Positions 21,967-35,736 of a DNA stretch of 64,000 nucleotides are shown here, one piece after another. The number at the start of each line of letters is the position of its first letter. The first letter of the stretch is position 1. Origin of the DNA: Podarcis vaucheri. Its lineage: Eukaryota. Under the pieces are notes generated by a model. The model searched no databases and was not told the DNA's origin. It worked only from the letters and a program-made list of their open reading frames with translations. Location of the stretch: NCBI GenBank assembly GCA_965113315.1, contig OZ220366.1, one strand, 5' to 3'. Both the position numbers and the translations under genes were made by a program.

Positions 21967-24900
21967 TACTAGCCTGCAATACTGAAGCCATCTAAACAAT
22001 ATAGTGATGTCCACAAACCAATCCAACAGTGTCAGCAAACCAAAATAGTAAGCCCAAAGGAGCAATGCATAGATAAGCTCACAAAGGTTCAGCAACACAT
22101 CTTGTGACTATGATTATATTTAGATCTTAAGCAACACCTTAGCTACTTCCAGCTGGTAGTGATGTATTGTTCTACTTTCTCATGTGATTGTTCTTCAGGC
22201 CCTCTCCTCATGTTCATGTCTGTGACCCCCTGCTAGTATCCGTAGTTCTATATATCTGTTTTTCAACATCAGCAGATGTTCATTCTCATGCCTTTACTTA
22301 AGCATTGTGCTTCTAGAAGCTCAATTTGTATTTCTAGACAAATATAGCAGTATGGCATATATGCATATTAATTATACAAGTCTAAGAAAAGCCTTGTAGA
22401 CACTGTTCTCCATCACTGGGATCTAGGGTTAATTCTCCTATTGACTTTGAAGATCAAAGTGACATCTGTAAATCCTATTAACAGTATTGGCTACTGCTAT
22501 CTCTACAATCTTAGTCTCGCTGATTCTTCTGGGTCTTCTTCCTCTGTCATAGTTCTTGAGAAAAAAAGTCATGGGATTTCTTGTATAAGACATCTTTCTT
22601 TTCTGTTTGTCTGCATGTGTACACCCTCCTCTCCAGTTATCAGATTTAGATACACCATACATATGGATGGAAATAAGTTTGTATAAAACAGAGGTAGGAG
22701 ACAGGATTGTTTTTAGCAGGCACCAAATAGAGGACAGTGAAGGTACCTGCTTGATCTCAGGAGGCAAGGCATTCCAAAGTGTAGGCGCTGTTAATGATCA
22801 AGATCTTACAAAGGTGGAATAGGTATTATGTGGAACCTGTAGTAGTGCCAATTCCACCAATCAAAGCATTCAAGTGGTGGATAAGGCAATCTTGTAACTA
22901 TATTACCTGCTTAGTTCCTGATAGAATAGGTATTGCAACATATATTATTAAAGCAAAATAAATTCTAACTTTTACTTTGCATGCATGCTTGTCAGATGGA
23001 ATCTGAACACTGTATTTATCTTCTTAAAAAATTAAAGCTTCATTGTTCTTTACAAATTAAGCTATGTGAATCTTCCATCATGATCATAAAATGTGTTAAG
23101 CAACCTATAAGTATATTGTTTGTACCTCAGAGTACCATTGAAATGTCCTCAGAGTGCTTTAAGAGTGTAATTCATTTCGAAGTTCTGTTTCTGAAATGTT
23201 CAATTATAAGCTTGAACATTTAACTATTCCCTGAATTGATGTGGCAGGTATTTTAAAAGAAGCAGTACCTCTGTGGGATTGATAGCTATTAATTCTTAAC
23301 ATTAAAGCTTCCCATTTTGAGACAAATAATGAATTTAACAATAGCTTAAATCTCTAACCTAGTAATCCTTGCTTGTATAGTAGTGCAGAGGCAGGGTTCA
23401 CATTTGTAATAATATGAATGTGACAGGTTTAAAATGCTAATATTCTCCCTTTACAGTTCAAGAATCATTGATTTTGTATAGAGGAGGAAATAAAAGACAT
23501 TTTCGACTTGTTTTTCATGTTATTTTCATTATGCAGCATGTGCCTACCATAAGCCCTGTGTGTATTTAATAACATCACATTACCTAGAACTAATAAATTT
23601 TAGGCTTTTTTTCTGATAAAAATTGAACTTATGCTTATCTCGTCAGGCAATAACTGCAGCACCAACTGCAAAATGCCTCTTTGTTACTGCTAAAACCCAC
23701 CCACGGAACAATTCCCTAAATGTGCAGGATATAATTAGCAAATCAAAGGGTTAATTTACAGATATGAAATTCTTCATAATAATGAGGGTTAATTTAATTT
23801 CTCGTGGGAAATTATTTCAATTGGATTTGGGAGAGGTGTGAATATTTGAAATGGATTAATTATCTTCCAAATTTGGAATATCTCAATTGAATAGACTCAA
23901 GCTTTAGAAAAGCTTTGTGTAAATGACACCTTCATGACTCTAATGCAGGTCAGGGACAAGGATGGATTTGGAGAATGAAGGCCATGGCATCAAACTCATT
24001 CATAAGGCTTGAGCCCTGTCTTAAATCTTAAACTGGTAGAAGACTCATTCCCTACCAATTCTTTTTGCTGCAAGTCTGTTCTGTCTATTTCATATGGTGT
24101 CCTATCTAGATTTCCTCCTTGGATAATTCCAGCATTAATGGAATTCTGGGGAGCATGGAGGGTACAAGTGTCCCCAGTCCAATCTGGTCATTAGCCTGAC
24201 CCACTCATCTGCAAATGGACAGCTGCTGGTGCAATCTGCTTCCTCCCTATTTGCTCTTATTATATCAAATACTTTTGTGTCCCACTCCCAGCCATTGATG
24301 AGGAAAGGAAGCTGTGCCAAAGGCCTGGTAAGTGGGGGGGGGGGCATTTTCCTTCTTCCCCCCTTCCGAGGAATGTGAGCTTCCAAGAGAGCACAGAAAG
24401 AACGTCTACATACACAAGCATCCCAAACACTCCACCCTGTGTGTGCATGTGTTTGCACGTGTCTGTGCATGCATGCACACATTGGGTGTGGGTATTTGAC
24501 AAGGACAGACAAATATTGTTGGGGCGGGTGGGAAATACAGCCACAAGAAAAAGCCAGTTGAGTTGAATTAAAACTGCTCCTTACACTGCAATCCTAGGCA
24601 TTCCATTACTCCAAATCGATTCTTACGGTAAAATAATTCCCAATCCGCACAGTCTGAAATTCAAACGCTTTGCATTTAAATACAACACAATGCCTAGTTT
24701 TTTTGTGGGTTTTTTTAAAAAAAATATATATTTTAAAAGCACACATTTTATCTCCAACAATGGATTAAGAGAAAATAAGAAAAAGAGAAACAAGGTAAAC
24801 TTGGAGGCATCCCTTTCTCTGAAATCTTTTTGCATGCCCCAGACAAGGTATCTGTCACCATTAGGTCTTTTTTTGTCCATCATTCCATTGAAAACCCATA

Positions 24901-26189
24901 TTGTTTTAGCAAGAAGAGAAATGCGTCTTGGATCGAATGTCAGCTTCTGCTGCATTTGGCCTGCCATACATGAACTAGTGAGACCTTCCTTTTCTCACTC
25001 AGTCTAAAATGACATTCTGTTGCTGCCAGAGTTCTGGAAGCTTATGCCACTGGCCATGAGTAATCACTATAGTTTACAGGAGCTTAACTCTTTCAAGACA
25101 TCTATAGATAATTGTCTTCTGTCATTTTAGAGTATAAATGTAGAGTGGTCTTGTTTTCTCAGACAACTTGAAGTCCCCCCTCCATTCATATTATTGTTTT
25201 GCTTCTTTTATTATTTATCTGTTTTTTTTTTTATAAAAACTGACCATACATTGCCTTTTTAGCATTTATAAATAATAATATTGTCTCTGTGTTAAGGGAG
25301 ACAGAAACAAAAAGAGACAGTGAGATCTCATTTTCCATTCATCTAGCTTTTGCCAGCTTTGCATATGCACACATGCCAGTAATTTTGAGATAGCTTAATT
25401 GCAGTACAGCACACTCAACTACTCTTGAAAAAGCAATGACTGCAGTCTACTACTGCTTACAATGGATACCTAACATAATAACATTAGAACTCTGAAGGCC
25501 GACTGAGTTTCTTGCTTGCATCCAGGTGTTGTAGTCAATGTGTTGTGTTCCATAGAGGAGTCCAGGCACTGCAAGCGCCGGATTCTTCATTTTTATGGAA
25601 TTGAGCCACAGTCCTTCCAGCTGACTTCTAAATTATATTTTACTGTGACACTCAGAGTTATATGCAGAGGAAAATATATTGCCAGAGACACAGAATAAAA
25701 TTGATTTTGACAATGAAAGTGAATATTATAACATTTTAAAGGCTAGACATATTTCAAGCACGAATGTTGTAAAAACAAGTCTGCAGTTAATACTGTGAAA
25801 AGTTTGATGTCATGTGTGTGTGGCATCAGAGGAATTAGATGCTTGGTTTGTCAGTTTTGCATTTTAAGTGTCTTTCCCAGAAACTAACAAGCAGATTAAT
25901 CATGCTTCATCTGATAATTTTACCCATTTCCACTGTAAGGATTGGCATAACCATGCTTTGTAACTCATTTGTTCTACAATAGTAAGTTTGAGCTCCTGAT
26001 TCACACACGCAAACACACAAACACACAGTGGTAATCAATGTGCTTTGAATTTATTGTTGCTTTCCAAACTCCAGATCCTGATTCCTACTGTATACTATCA
26101 CGAAACACTCAGTGACTCATTAGTGTGGGATTAAGCCTATGAAAAGGATATCAAAGCCCAAGTACTGCAACTCTGTCTGCAGTGCAGAA

Positions 26190-26552
26190 CTAGACTCACA
26201 GCTATCCATGGAGGCACAGGTCAATTCTGTGTCCAGGGCAGCTATTTATCAGCTCCATCTGGTACGCAGGCTGAGACCCTACCTGCCCGCAGACTGTCTT
26301 GCCAGAGTGGTGCATGCTCTGGTTATCTCTCGCTTGGACTACTGCAATGTGCTCTACATGGGGCTACCTTTGAAGGTGACCCGGAAACTACAACTAATCC
26401 AGAATGTGGCATCTAGGCTGGTGACTGGGAGCGGCCGCCGAGACCATATAACACTGGCCTTGAAAGACCTACACTGGCTTCCAGTACGTTTCCGAGCACA
26501 ATTCAAAGTGTTGGTGCTGACCTTTAAAGCCCTAAACAGCCTCAGTCCAGTA
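26190..26552 (+). mobile_element. L2-clade LINE ORF2 C-terminal fragment, frame still open
   Basis: HALVISRLDYCN, LQLIQN, HIT, LHWLPV and QFKVLVLTFKAL are L2 RT-thumb/C-terminal motifs. Confidence 0.9.
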
Positions 26553-29500
26553 TTTTTATTTTGGTAAACATTTTTCAATACATTTGACTTGGCCCCAAGT
26601 CCAATTTGAACTTTGTACTCTTTTCTATTTGTGGCTGACCTTTCAAGGGAAATATTTAGGAACAAGGTAGGAGCAATAGTAAAAATATTGTGTTTGTGCA
26701 TTGTGGGTTGTGAATGTTGGAGGCGACATTGAAGGAGATCCCACTCAATACATCTAGTGGTGGTTTACCTCATGTAGCTATTAAATATTTCTATTAATGG
26801 TCAAATGTTTATAGAGTTCCTTTCCCCCCTGTTAATGCCCTTACCATAGGGCTGTGATGCTTGTTAATAAACATAAGGCTACTGATCAGTACACAGGTGA
26901 TAGTTACTCAAAGGAAAAGGAGAAGAATACTTGAAAGTTAATTAAGGTTAGCGATATTAGACCATCTTCCCATTTGTTGTATGAGAGCCAGAACTATTCT
27001 GCTTTGGTTCAGTATTTTCTCCCAGGACTTCTCACTTGTATCATTAGAGGTGCCTCGTATGGAATGTATTTATTTATTTTGGCAGCAAGTTTTGGAAAAG
27101 AGCCACTTGCCAGCATTCTAAGCACAAAGTGCACAGCTACAGATGTTATAGCAGCAGGTATGGAGAAGTCAGAAGCTAGAATAAAGACGTGGATCTTTGA
27201 ACCTTTAAAAATGTCTAAAGCAACCAACCACCACTATTTGATAAGTGACATCAAATCCTATGAATAACACAAAACCATAATTAAACCACTGGTTCTTTGA
27301 ATAGCTCTTGTGCACTGCCAATTTTTCACCTTTGTATGTGACATTTGCTACCTGTTATGCATTCAGTTTTTTTCAATACAAAACCCCACCATGCAGCTAT
27401 ATCTAACAACATTGTCTTTAACAGGGCAGATGCAGGCAAAGACTATTTGACTGGTATCTGTAATAGAGCCTTCTTGGTAGTGGGACTCCAACTCTGGAAT
27501 GCTATTCTCTCGGATATTAGATAGGAACAGATATTGGGTGGGTTCCAAGGGCAAGCAAAAACATTTCTTTATCATTGGGCCAATGCTGAACAGCAGTCAT
27601 TTTATGATGGTCAGACCTTGGGAATTGCAGAATTGCTCTGCAATCCCTCATCTTACATGGGGTTCAGTTTTGTGGGCTACACAGATATATGAACATTGGA
27701 AATAGACAAACCCTTGGAGCCATCCCATAGCTAGATGATGAGGGAGAAAGAAAGTATATCCAGTACACTCAGAGCTGGAACACTAAGGAGTCCTTACTCA
27801 TCAAGCAAGTTAGAGAGGTTTAAATGTATTTTCATGCTGGTCTACTTGGGTTACCTGACATGAAAACAGCTTTTAAGTTTTTTGCCTTGTTTGGGGGGGG
27901 GGGTAAAGACTTTTCAGCCTGCCCACTCTGGAAGGCTAGAGATGTGAGATGCCATAATTCCCAAGTGCTCAGGGGGGTGGGGAGAACACCCTTTTTTCAC
28001 TCAAGATCACAGCAGCCATTTTGGACATGTGTTTCTGGGCGTGGTGCCTCACACTTGCCCAGAAGCGCATCCCAGAAGATGCACCTCCTAAGTTTGGGGC
28101 TTGAAAAATCTGGATGGTATGAGATGTTCATATGAGATTTCAAAGTCAACATGCTGAGAGAGGATCTTTCCCTCCAAGCAAAGAGTGAAAAAGCTCTTTT
28201 CATGCCAGCTGGACCTGGTGTGTAAAAGGCTTTTAAGCTCTCTGCCTTGTTTGGGACTTGACTTGCACAAGTTCAATCAGCTCCCCTTCAATCGGATATG
28301 GTTGAAATCATACAAATCAAATGTGCATTAGATGAGAGATTACTACATACATGTTTCTATTCCATTGTTGCATTGTATCTTACCTGAGTAAGATGATTAG
28401 GTGAAGAGAAAGATGTAAATCTTTCTAATAAAAGAAAGAGAGACTAACTTCTTTATCCTTGCCTGTTCCTCATTTTCTTCTGTGTCATGTCTGATGAGAC
28501 TGCCCTGACCCAGAAACCCATTCATCCACTTTGACTCTGCTGCATTTAGGGGACTTTGTTAGATACAAAATGTTGTCAGCTTCTCATCTCTTTTTCAGTA
28601 CAGGTATCCTGTCTCCCATTGTCCATCTTTGTCAGGTGACCCCATTCCAGCCTTGGCTTAATTAAGCTACCAGGGTCTTTTCCTTGTCCCCACACAAAGA
28701 GAAGATGAGTTGCAGTCATACAAATAAACAAATAAGAAAAACAACAGCTCTCCACAGACTAAAAAGAAATTGGCCAAACTGCTTGATATGGCTCCCAATA
28801 TGTTTCAAGGAAACTCTTTATGAAGGGGAAATTGGAACATTCCCCCTCCTCCGCTGTATCACACCTAACCAGACACCTTACCTGTGCACAGCGACACTTC
28901 TGCTTACAACACATCCCTCCAAGTCAACGGGCCCCTGGAAGGATTGTTGTGATCAGTATAGCATTGGCAAGATGCTTCCCATCCAAGTTTCCCTGAGGCC
29001 TGGAACATTTAATTCTTTTAAAGCAGTTTTGGAAGTGGGATAACTCCCACCCCCATGCCAAAGACTGATACAATTGATGAATTTGAAAGGGAAAAAAACA
29101 TTTGTGTGGGTATGGCTTCAATGCTTAAGCTGAGGTCACTGAGGGTTTCTCCTCACCCCCCCACACACACTTGAGAAGAAGCAAACAGGCTCTGCTATTC
29201 CCTTGCTCCTTCTTTTCCTTTTGCATAGTAGTGGTGAAGGAGCCCCTTACAAAATTGCTGCTTGGTCATGCATCTGGTGTCTCTGGAGTTAGAGAAGGTG
29301 CAACAATAATGGCCAGTGGCAGCTTTTCTGCTCCTTCTGCAAGGGAGAAATGTGCAGAGGCAGCAGCGAAAGGGTAGCAACTGGAAACCCTCTGGCACAA
29401 CAGTCCTTTGAAACCTAGACTAAGGCCTACAGCAATGTTTTCTCTGGTTAGGGAAAACCAAGGGTGTGGCCTTTGGGTCAGATCTTTTCTCCATTTCCCT

Positions 29501-32500
29501 CCCCTAATAACAAAACAATACTTTTTCGGGGGGAAATAATTGCTTATAGGCTGGCTGGTTACACGGCAAAGCTCAATACTGGCGAGACCCCAGCCATATG
29601 ACATTTAATTTGGCCAGAGGCATTCTCACATATTAATTAGCATATGCACATTTCATACAAATATGTGTCACAATCCTATACCCTTAATTATTTAAGCACC
29701 TAGCAATGGCTTGCTTAGCTACAAATGCTCTGGAATGAGTTCCTTGACCTCTACACTGAAAGCATTTTGAACAAATTGTTAAAGCAATTAAGTTCCATAG
29801 GGTATAGAACACTTAAATTCCAAAGAAAATTTTAGTAGGGTTTGGGATGTAAGTGCTGTGCTAGATAGCTTCAAAGAGTCATAGAGGTAAGTATTGCTTA
29901 TGGCAAAATGGTTTGCATAAGCCAGTTGACAAATTATGAATGATGAACAAATCTGTAAAATAAAAACCAAAGCTTCATTGTGGATACTTCACAAACAGGA
30001 AAGTAGGCTAAATTGGTTGTTTGAATAGCTCCCCTTTCCTACCTTTAGTGACAAGCTTGGTATTGATTTGGATCTATGCTGCAGACTATTATAATTCTGT
30101 AGTCTGGGCTGCTTCACCTATTGAATATGGATACCATTTAAAGAAGCTTTTAGATACCCTTACAGCAATTGCACACAACACAAGTCAATTACTGACTGCT
30201 ATAAAGGTTTTTTCATTATTAAGCATGCTGTAAGTGCATGTGCCTGGCATAATGATATTAGCTCAGGATAGGGTTTGGGAAAGAAGATGGAAAATAAAAA
30301 TACCAGAATGAAACAACAACAAAACTGGGTGGTTAAGTGTTCAGAATTTTAATATATCACTTGGAACACTTATAAGGTAGCGTGGCAAAACTTCAGACTG
30401 TTGCTTTTCAATGTATGTGGCATACTGGAGAATCAAATGAAAGCAATACAGCTCCTAAATGTGCAGTATGGAAGCTGGAACTCTATACTACTGTAGGAAC
30501 CGCACAGTGAATAAATACAGATCCCATGCTGAACCCTTTGCCCCTATCTCTTGCAGAGTCACATAAACATGATGCATTGCCTATGGGGTTGCAATTTTGT
30601 TGGACGTAACAATGCTTTAAGCTCTGCTATTACATTCAAACACCACATCAGAATAGAAAATATTCATGGGCAAACAGCTTCCACAATATTAGATGCAAGT
30701 GTGAATGGTGCCCCTGAAGAGATCAACAATGGAGAGGTCATATCAGATGCTCTTCCACTTTTCCTTGTCATTGTGAACTTATGAACATAAGTTGACTTTA
30801 AACTGCATGCTCTCAATTGCATGTTGTTCGAATCCAGCACTTGGTGAATTCCACTTCATAATATTAGTTTTACATAGGTTTCATGACCTGTTCTGATTAA
30901 GATAGCTATTGGGGCTAAACAACTCTATCTTGCATTTTGCAACTGCTGTTCTCCAAACCTCATTCCATCTTGGCTCCTGTATCTTGACAGTCTGCTCATC
31001 TCTGGATTATTTACATATCCTTTAATGGGACTATTATTATACAGAATGAAATTAGTATTTCTTCCGTTCCATGCAAAGATAGTAAAGAGACCCTTCGTTA
31101 ATCAGACATGAAAATGGAATAAATGGCCATTTTGATTTATTGCTTTGATTAATAAAAAGTAATTAAGTTAACAATAAATGAGATTTCCTAATGAATCTAA
31201 GAAACAAGAGTAAAGTGCATACAAAGAATTGAATTCTCTCTCTCTTAGGCACAAAGAGAAAGCAGTTCAAGAAAATATAATGAAATGAGAATTACTGTAT
31301 ATTGTCAATACACTACTGATTTGAGTTTGCTCAGCTAAAAAGACTTTGCTGCTTTGATCCACAGCAGGTAGGAGCTCAGAGTATGATGCACCTCCATCTG
31401 TTTTTGCTTTCACTGTGCAATTAATATAAGTGAGTCCCTGGCAGGGGATGGTGCTGTGGACCCCTTGGGTGTATTCTCCAGACCCCTAATTGGGAACTAC
31501 TGCTCTAGTGGCTTGAAGACCATAGAACTGACCTTTCTGTGATTGGTGAATGCCAAGATCTAGCACATTAAGAAAATATATTGTTTAAGAATCTTGGAAA
31601 ATGTGTGGAATGAAAACTGTGCCTGCTTCAGAATACAGAAGAATAACAAAATAGGTGGTTGAGTCGCACTGTACTTTGAATAAGGCGTCTATTCTAAATG
31701 AAGTTAACTATCCTATAGAACCCCTTTGGGGAAAATTTCTAAGTTATAATAGGGAAAAAAGTATATTTTTTAGGTTATACTGTTGATCGCCTGATGTGAC
31801 ATTTTGCTGTAATAGTAAATCAAGTTCAGTTTCAGTGAATAAACCAGAGCTTATTTAATATATTCTGATCAACAAGTGAAACTCTTTCTTCCCCCCAAGT
31901 GATGAAGAGCTTTATTTAACTGTCCAAAGTAATGCTAAGTTTTTTGAAGCTTTACAGTCAAGGAAAGTGCAGGAGGAGGGAGGGTGGAGGGAGAGGGAGA
32001 GAGCGCACATGGTCTGTCGCTTTCTTTGCAGTCGTGTTAGTTCTTTTGAATTCAAACAGATGTAATTTGTGACAAGTTACAATTACCAGGTTCCTCCCTT
32101 TCTACACATACCTCTTTACAATTTCTATCTATAATGCAGCAATAAATGCCTCTTGTCAAAGGAGGAGATAGCACTGCACTTGACACATTCCCCCAGCCTT
32201 GCTTCAGAAGTCTTTCATTGCTATTTGATCGGGCTTAGTAGATGGAAAGGTACTATTTTTTGTATCACTAAGGAGAACAGATTGTGGAATTCAAAGCAAT
32301 AGGTACACCCGGAATGAAAAACAGTAAGATTACCTAAAGCCCTGTTCAGACAAGAAATGTGTGGTGACATGCATAGGGATGGGCCACACTCATTCCGCAT
32401 GCTCATCCTAACTTCTGAACATAATAAGTAGTAATAAGGAGTCTGCATTTTTGCAAGGAAAAAAACTGCACTAACAAATTGAATGCACCTGGGCTTTAGT

Positions 32501-32796
32501 CAAAAGCAACATGAATAGATGGCGCATCAGAAGAGGTGCAACAGAGGTGGAGCCAAGTGGCAGAATTACGTATCTGTGCATATATTCAGTCAGAAAACAC
32601 GTGTTTTCTCTGATGGAGTTTTAAAAATATTTATAAACCTCAATTTTGTGGAAAATATAATAAGGCAGTGTTACAAGATAACAACCATAAAGACATCAAT
32701 AACATATTAACAAAAACTGGTTGTTGTGGTAAAAAACAACAACAAACATTCCAAAGTCCTTTCTGAACAATACAATTTTTAGAAGACACCTAGAAG

Positions 32797-32999
32797 CAGC
32801 ACTGGATGCTGACATTTTGGTGCCTGAGGTGAACCACAAAATGGGACACACCCTCTACCAGGGAAGAAGATCTATAAGAGGAACAGTGGCAGGGTAGCAG
32901 TGGTGGTGAAATAAAGATCTATATAGGGATCTGCTGCTTCTGTGCATCTTTCCACCTGAGGTAGTTGCCTCACCTTGCCTCAGAGGTGGGCTAGTCCTG
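32797..32999. mobile_element. Old hAT-type MITE nested in a minus-strand L2 3' fragment (about 32640-33130)
   Basis: Termini cagcactgg / ctagtcctg and an 8-bp TSD matching 6/8 (cctagaag, tctggaag). Flanks resemble antisense L2. Confidence 0.5.
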
Positions 33000-34269
33000 T
33001 CTGGAAGAAAATAGAGATGACTCTTGATGGACTTCTATTAGTAAGGACTCCCACAGGGCAGGGCCTGCCACACTAAAGGTTCAGGTCCTAGTAGAGGCCA
33101 ATTGAACTTCAAGGACATGGGAAACAAACATGTCTCTCTGTCTATTTTAATGATTAACAAACCAAACAAACTGGTGTAGTGGAGTACATGTTTGGTCGCG
33201 TGGCAAGGCCCTCATGATAGTTCTCATTCTCCAAATATTGTAGACCCTGTAAAAGAATTACATCAAAAATTGCTTCATGGATGCCTTGACTTATATTGCA
33301 GTAGTTGCTGCCACATACTTTTATGGAGCAGGAAAACCTTAAAAACCTTTGAACCACTGTTCAGAACCTAACCAAAGAAATGAGGGCTTGTGTTCCTCAA
33401 TAATCCTGAACAAAGCGCATTAGAAGTATATGATACAACAAGAAAGGGTCAATTTGACTAGAAAGGGTCAAATTGTCAACTTTCAACAGTTTTTAATGCT
33501 GTACCTGTGACAATTTTTTATTGAACTGGATTGAAATTTGGCACATTCCTAGAGACTCTGGTACATCATATATGCCAAGTTTCACGTTATTAGCTCAACA
33601 GATGGAATTTCTTTAAGCTATAGAACTTTGAGGCTTATAAAGACAGGCTTTTATTTTATTTTTGCCATTTGCATTAACTTAAGAACAACTCCTGTGCCCC
33701 TTTAGTATTATTTCTGTGTACTTTTACCATCGGAAATTTCTGTATGCCTTTATCATCTGAAATGCTTGAGTATGAAATGTGTTCTATAATGGATGTTATT
33801 ATTAAATCTATGGCAGACAGAACAAAGAACTCTTAAACAGAGTGTACTTCAAATAGGTAGGAAATGAGGAAATAAACGGGATCTTCTCTTGTTAACTTCT
33901 AAGCTGAAGTATTTCATTTTTTCTTGGGGGGGAGAAGTGTCTACATCTCCGTCCAACTGATTTCACATGGACTTCATTTTTGCACACATACACAGACTAA
34001 AGGTTCCTGTTTCCAAAAAGGACAGGAAGTGGGGACGGTCTGATCTCTACACCACTTTTAATTGTTCTCTGAGATGTGGAGTGGAGGAAAAAGGAAAACC
34101 AGGATATTCCAGGTTTAAATAAAAAACCAGGATGACTTCTGTAATTCTAGGACTGTAAGTTGCCTTGAAGAGCTTCACTCAGAAAGGCAACCTATAAATA
34201 ATTCAAAATATAGTAAGTCATGCAAGTCTTTAGTTCTTCTGGCTGTGTCACACATTTCCTATCTCCTTA

Positions 34270-35050
34270 TTGTCCTTCCCACATTCTAGGCACTGTTGTT
34301 CTTATTCCCTCAAGTCATTTCCACCCTGGCCCAGCCTGAAAGTTGTGTGTTTGAGCAAGTCTGGCATTCCAGACCTAGCTTTTCTTCAAATTATTATCAA
34401 CAATTTGACACCCAAGCATCTGTACTCCCATCCCACTGTTCCTTTGCCCTGGCCTTTCCAATCTCATCTCTGATCCTCGATAAATCTTTATGAATTCCTT
34501 TCCTCTAGCTAGTTGGCCTCGCATAGCTTGTAAACCCTCTAAGTATGCTTCATCATGTCACTTCTGGTTTCTGTAAGTAGCAGTAGCAAATCCCTAGGGT
34601 ACCAAACCTACTCTAGAATAAGTGGGTTCAATTTTGTAGCTACTATGTGTCTGTTATTATACAGCATGAAACTAGTAATCTCCCCTTGGTTCCCGAATTT
34701 TCCATTTTTGTTAGTCTTTAATATATTTTTGTGCAAAATATTACATTTTTCTTCTCCTTTTCCATCTTGCAGTTCAAAAATCACTATAATACTAATCCAC
34801 CTGGTATTCTCCGGCCATCATTTTATTGACTCCCTTACTGATCTACCTTTTCTGTCTTTCCCGACAATCTATCTCTGCCTTACAAATGGTTTCTCTCTGA
34901 CTGATGAAATTCTTATTGTCAAAACAACAGTACAAGATTGTGTTTCAGCCCAAGATACTTTAGCTATCTGATTGGTTTGCTAAACCCATAGTTCTATTCT
35001 TTGTTCAGTTATTTCACAGTGTAGTTTCTTCCAATAACATCTTTACTCTT
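34270..35050 (-). mobile_element. Highly degraded L1/Tx1-like LINE fragment
   Basis: The minus strand is purine-rich and retains KYLG (aagtatcttggg) and a GMGV motif in L1-like order. No long frame survives. Confidence 0.3.
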
Positions 35051-35380
35051 TCAGAAAACTATACTGAACCAAACTGAGTTAAATTTTCAGGAAGTAATCC
35101 CAAAGAAGTAGCAAGTCTCATAGGCTAGTAGTCAATATCAGGCAATGATTGAAAAAGGACACAAAGAATCCAAATAGGCCAAAATCTTCTTATACCTACA
35201 CATTGTCTGCCATTTCATGGGCATGAAATAACTCCTGCTGGTGAGCAGTCAGTTCCCCTTTACAAGCATGTCTGTAAAGCCAGCTGGAGCGATCCTGATA
35301 ATCTCAATATATTAAACTACTAACATGAGGTATGGATTTTTCTGCTCTCCCCAGCTGTTGTCAGTGTAGTCAGAAAAGTG

Positions 35381-35736
35381 CATACCCACCAACATTTCTC
35401 CAATGAAAATAGAGATGTACCATTCCATAATGATAATGTTATGTTTATACCCCACACATCTTACTGGGTTGCCCCAGCCAGTAGCTGGGCAGTTTCCAAC
35501 ATATAAAAACATAATAAAACATTAAACATTATTTATTTATTTATTTAAAAAAATCCCTATACAGGATTGCTTTCAGACAGCTCGGTGGTTGAATAACTCG
35601 ATACCCTCCAACATTTCTCCAGTGAAAATAAGGGCACCCTAAGGAAAAGTGGGACATTCTGGGATCAAATCAGAAACTGGTACCGCTTCTCTAAATCAGG
35701 GACGTCACTGGAAAATAGGAATACTTGCAGGGTCTG
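35381..35736. mobile_element. Non-autonomous hAT-like element containing an antisense L2 3' tail
   Basis: Termini cataccc / agggtctg, aaagtg on both flanks, internal repeat ccaacatttctcca.tgaaaata. 35445-35575 is antisense to the L2 tail at 58670-58790. Confidence 0.6.

Noticed and set aside
24133-24333. Possible exon ending in a strong ctg|gtaagt donor
   Set aside because: Stops in all three frames from the nearest good acceptor; at most a non-coding exon, and unsupported.
364-26552. L2 pieces at 26190-26552 and 364-625 look consecutive on the recalled consensus
   Set aside because: They are in the wrong order and 26 kb apart; independent truncated copies of an abundant family are the simpler explanation.
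30551-30784. 77-aa frame after a good polypyrimidine/AG acceptor
   Set aside because: No recognisable protein similarity and no convincing donor.
32957-32972. let-7-like seed tgaggtag (also at 2690)
   Set aside because: Only the seed matches; no mature let-7 sequence or precursor hairpin.
34555-34971. 138-aa hydrophobic ORF resembling a membrane protein
   Set aside because: Explained by T-rich antisense sequence of a decayed LINE; no recognisable family.
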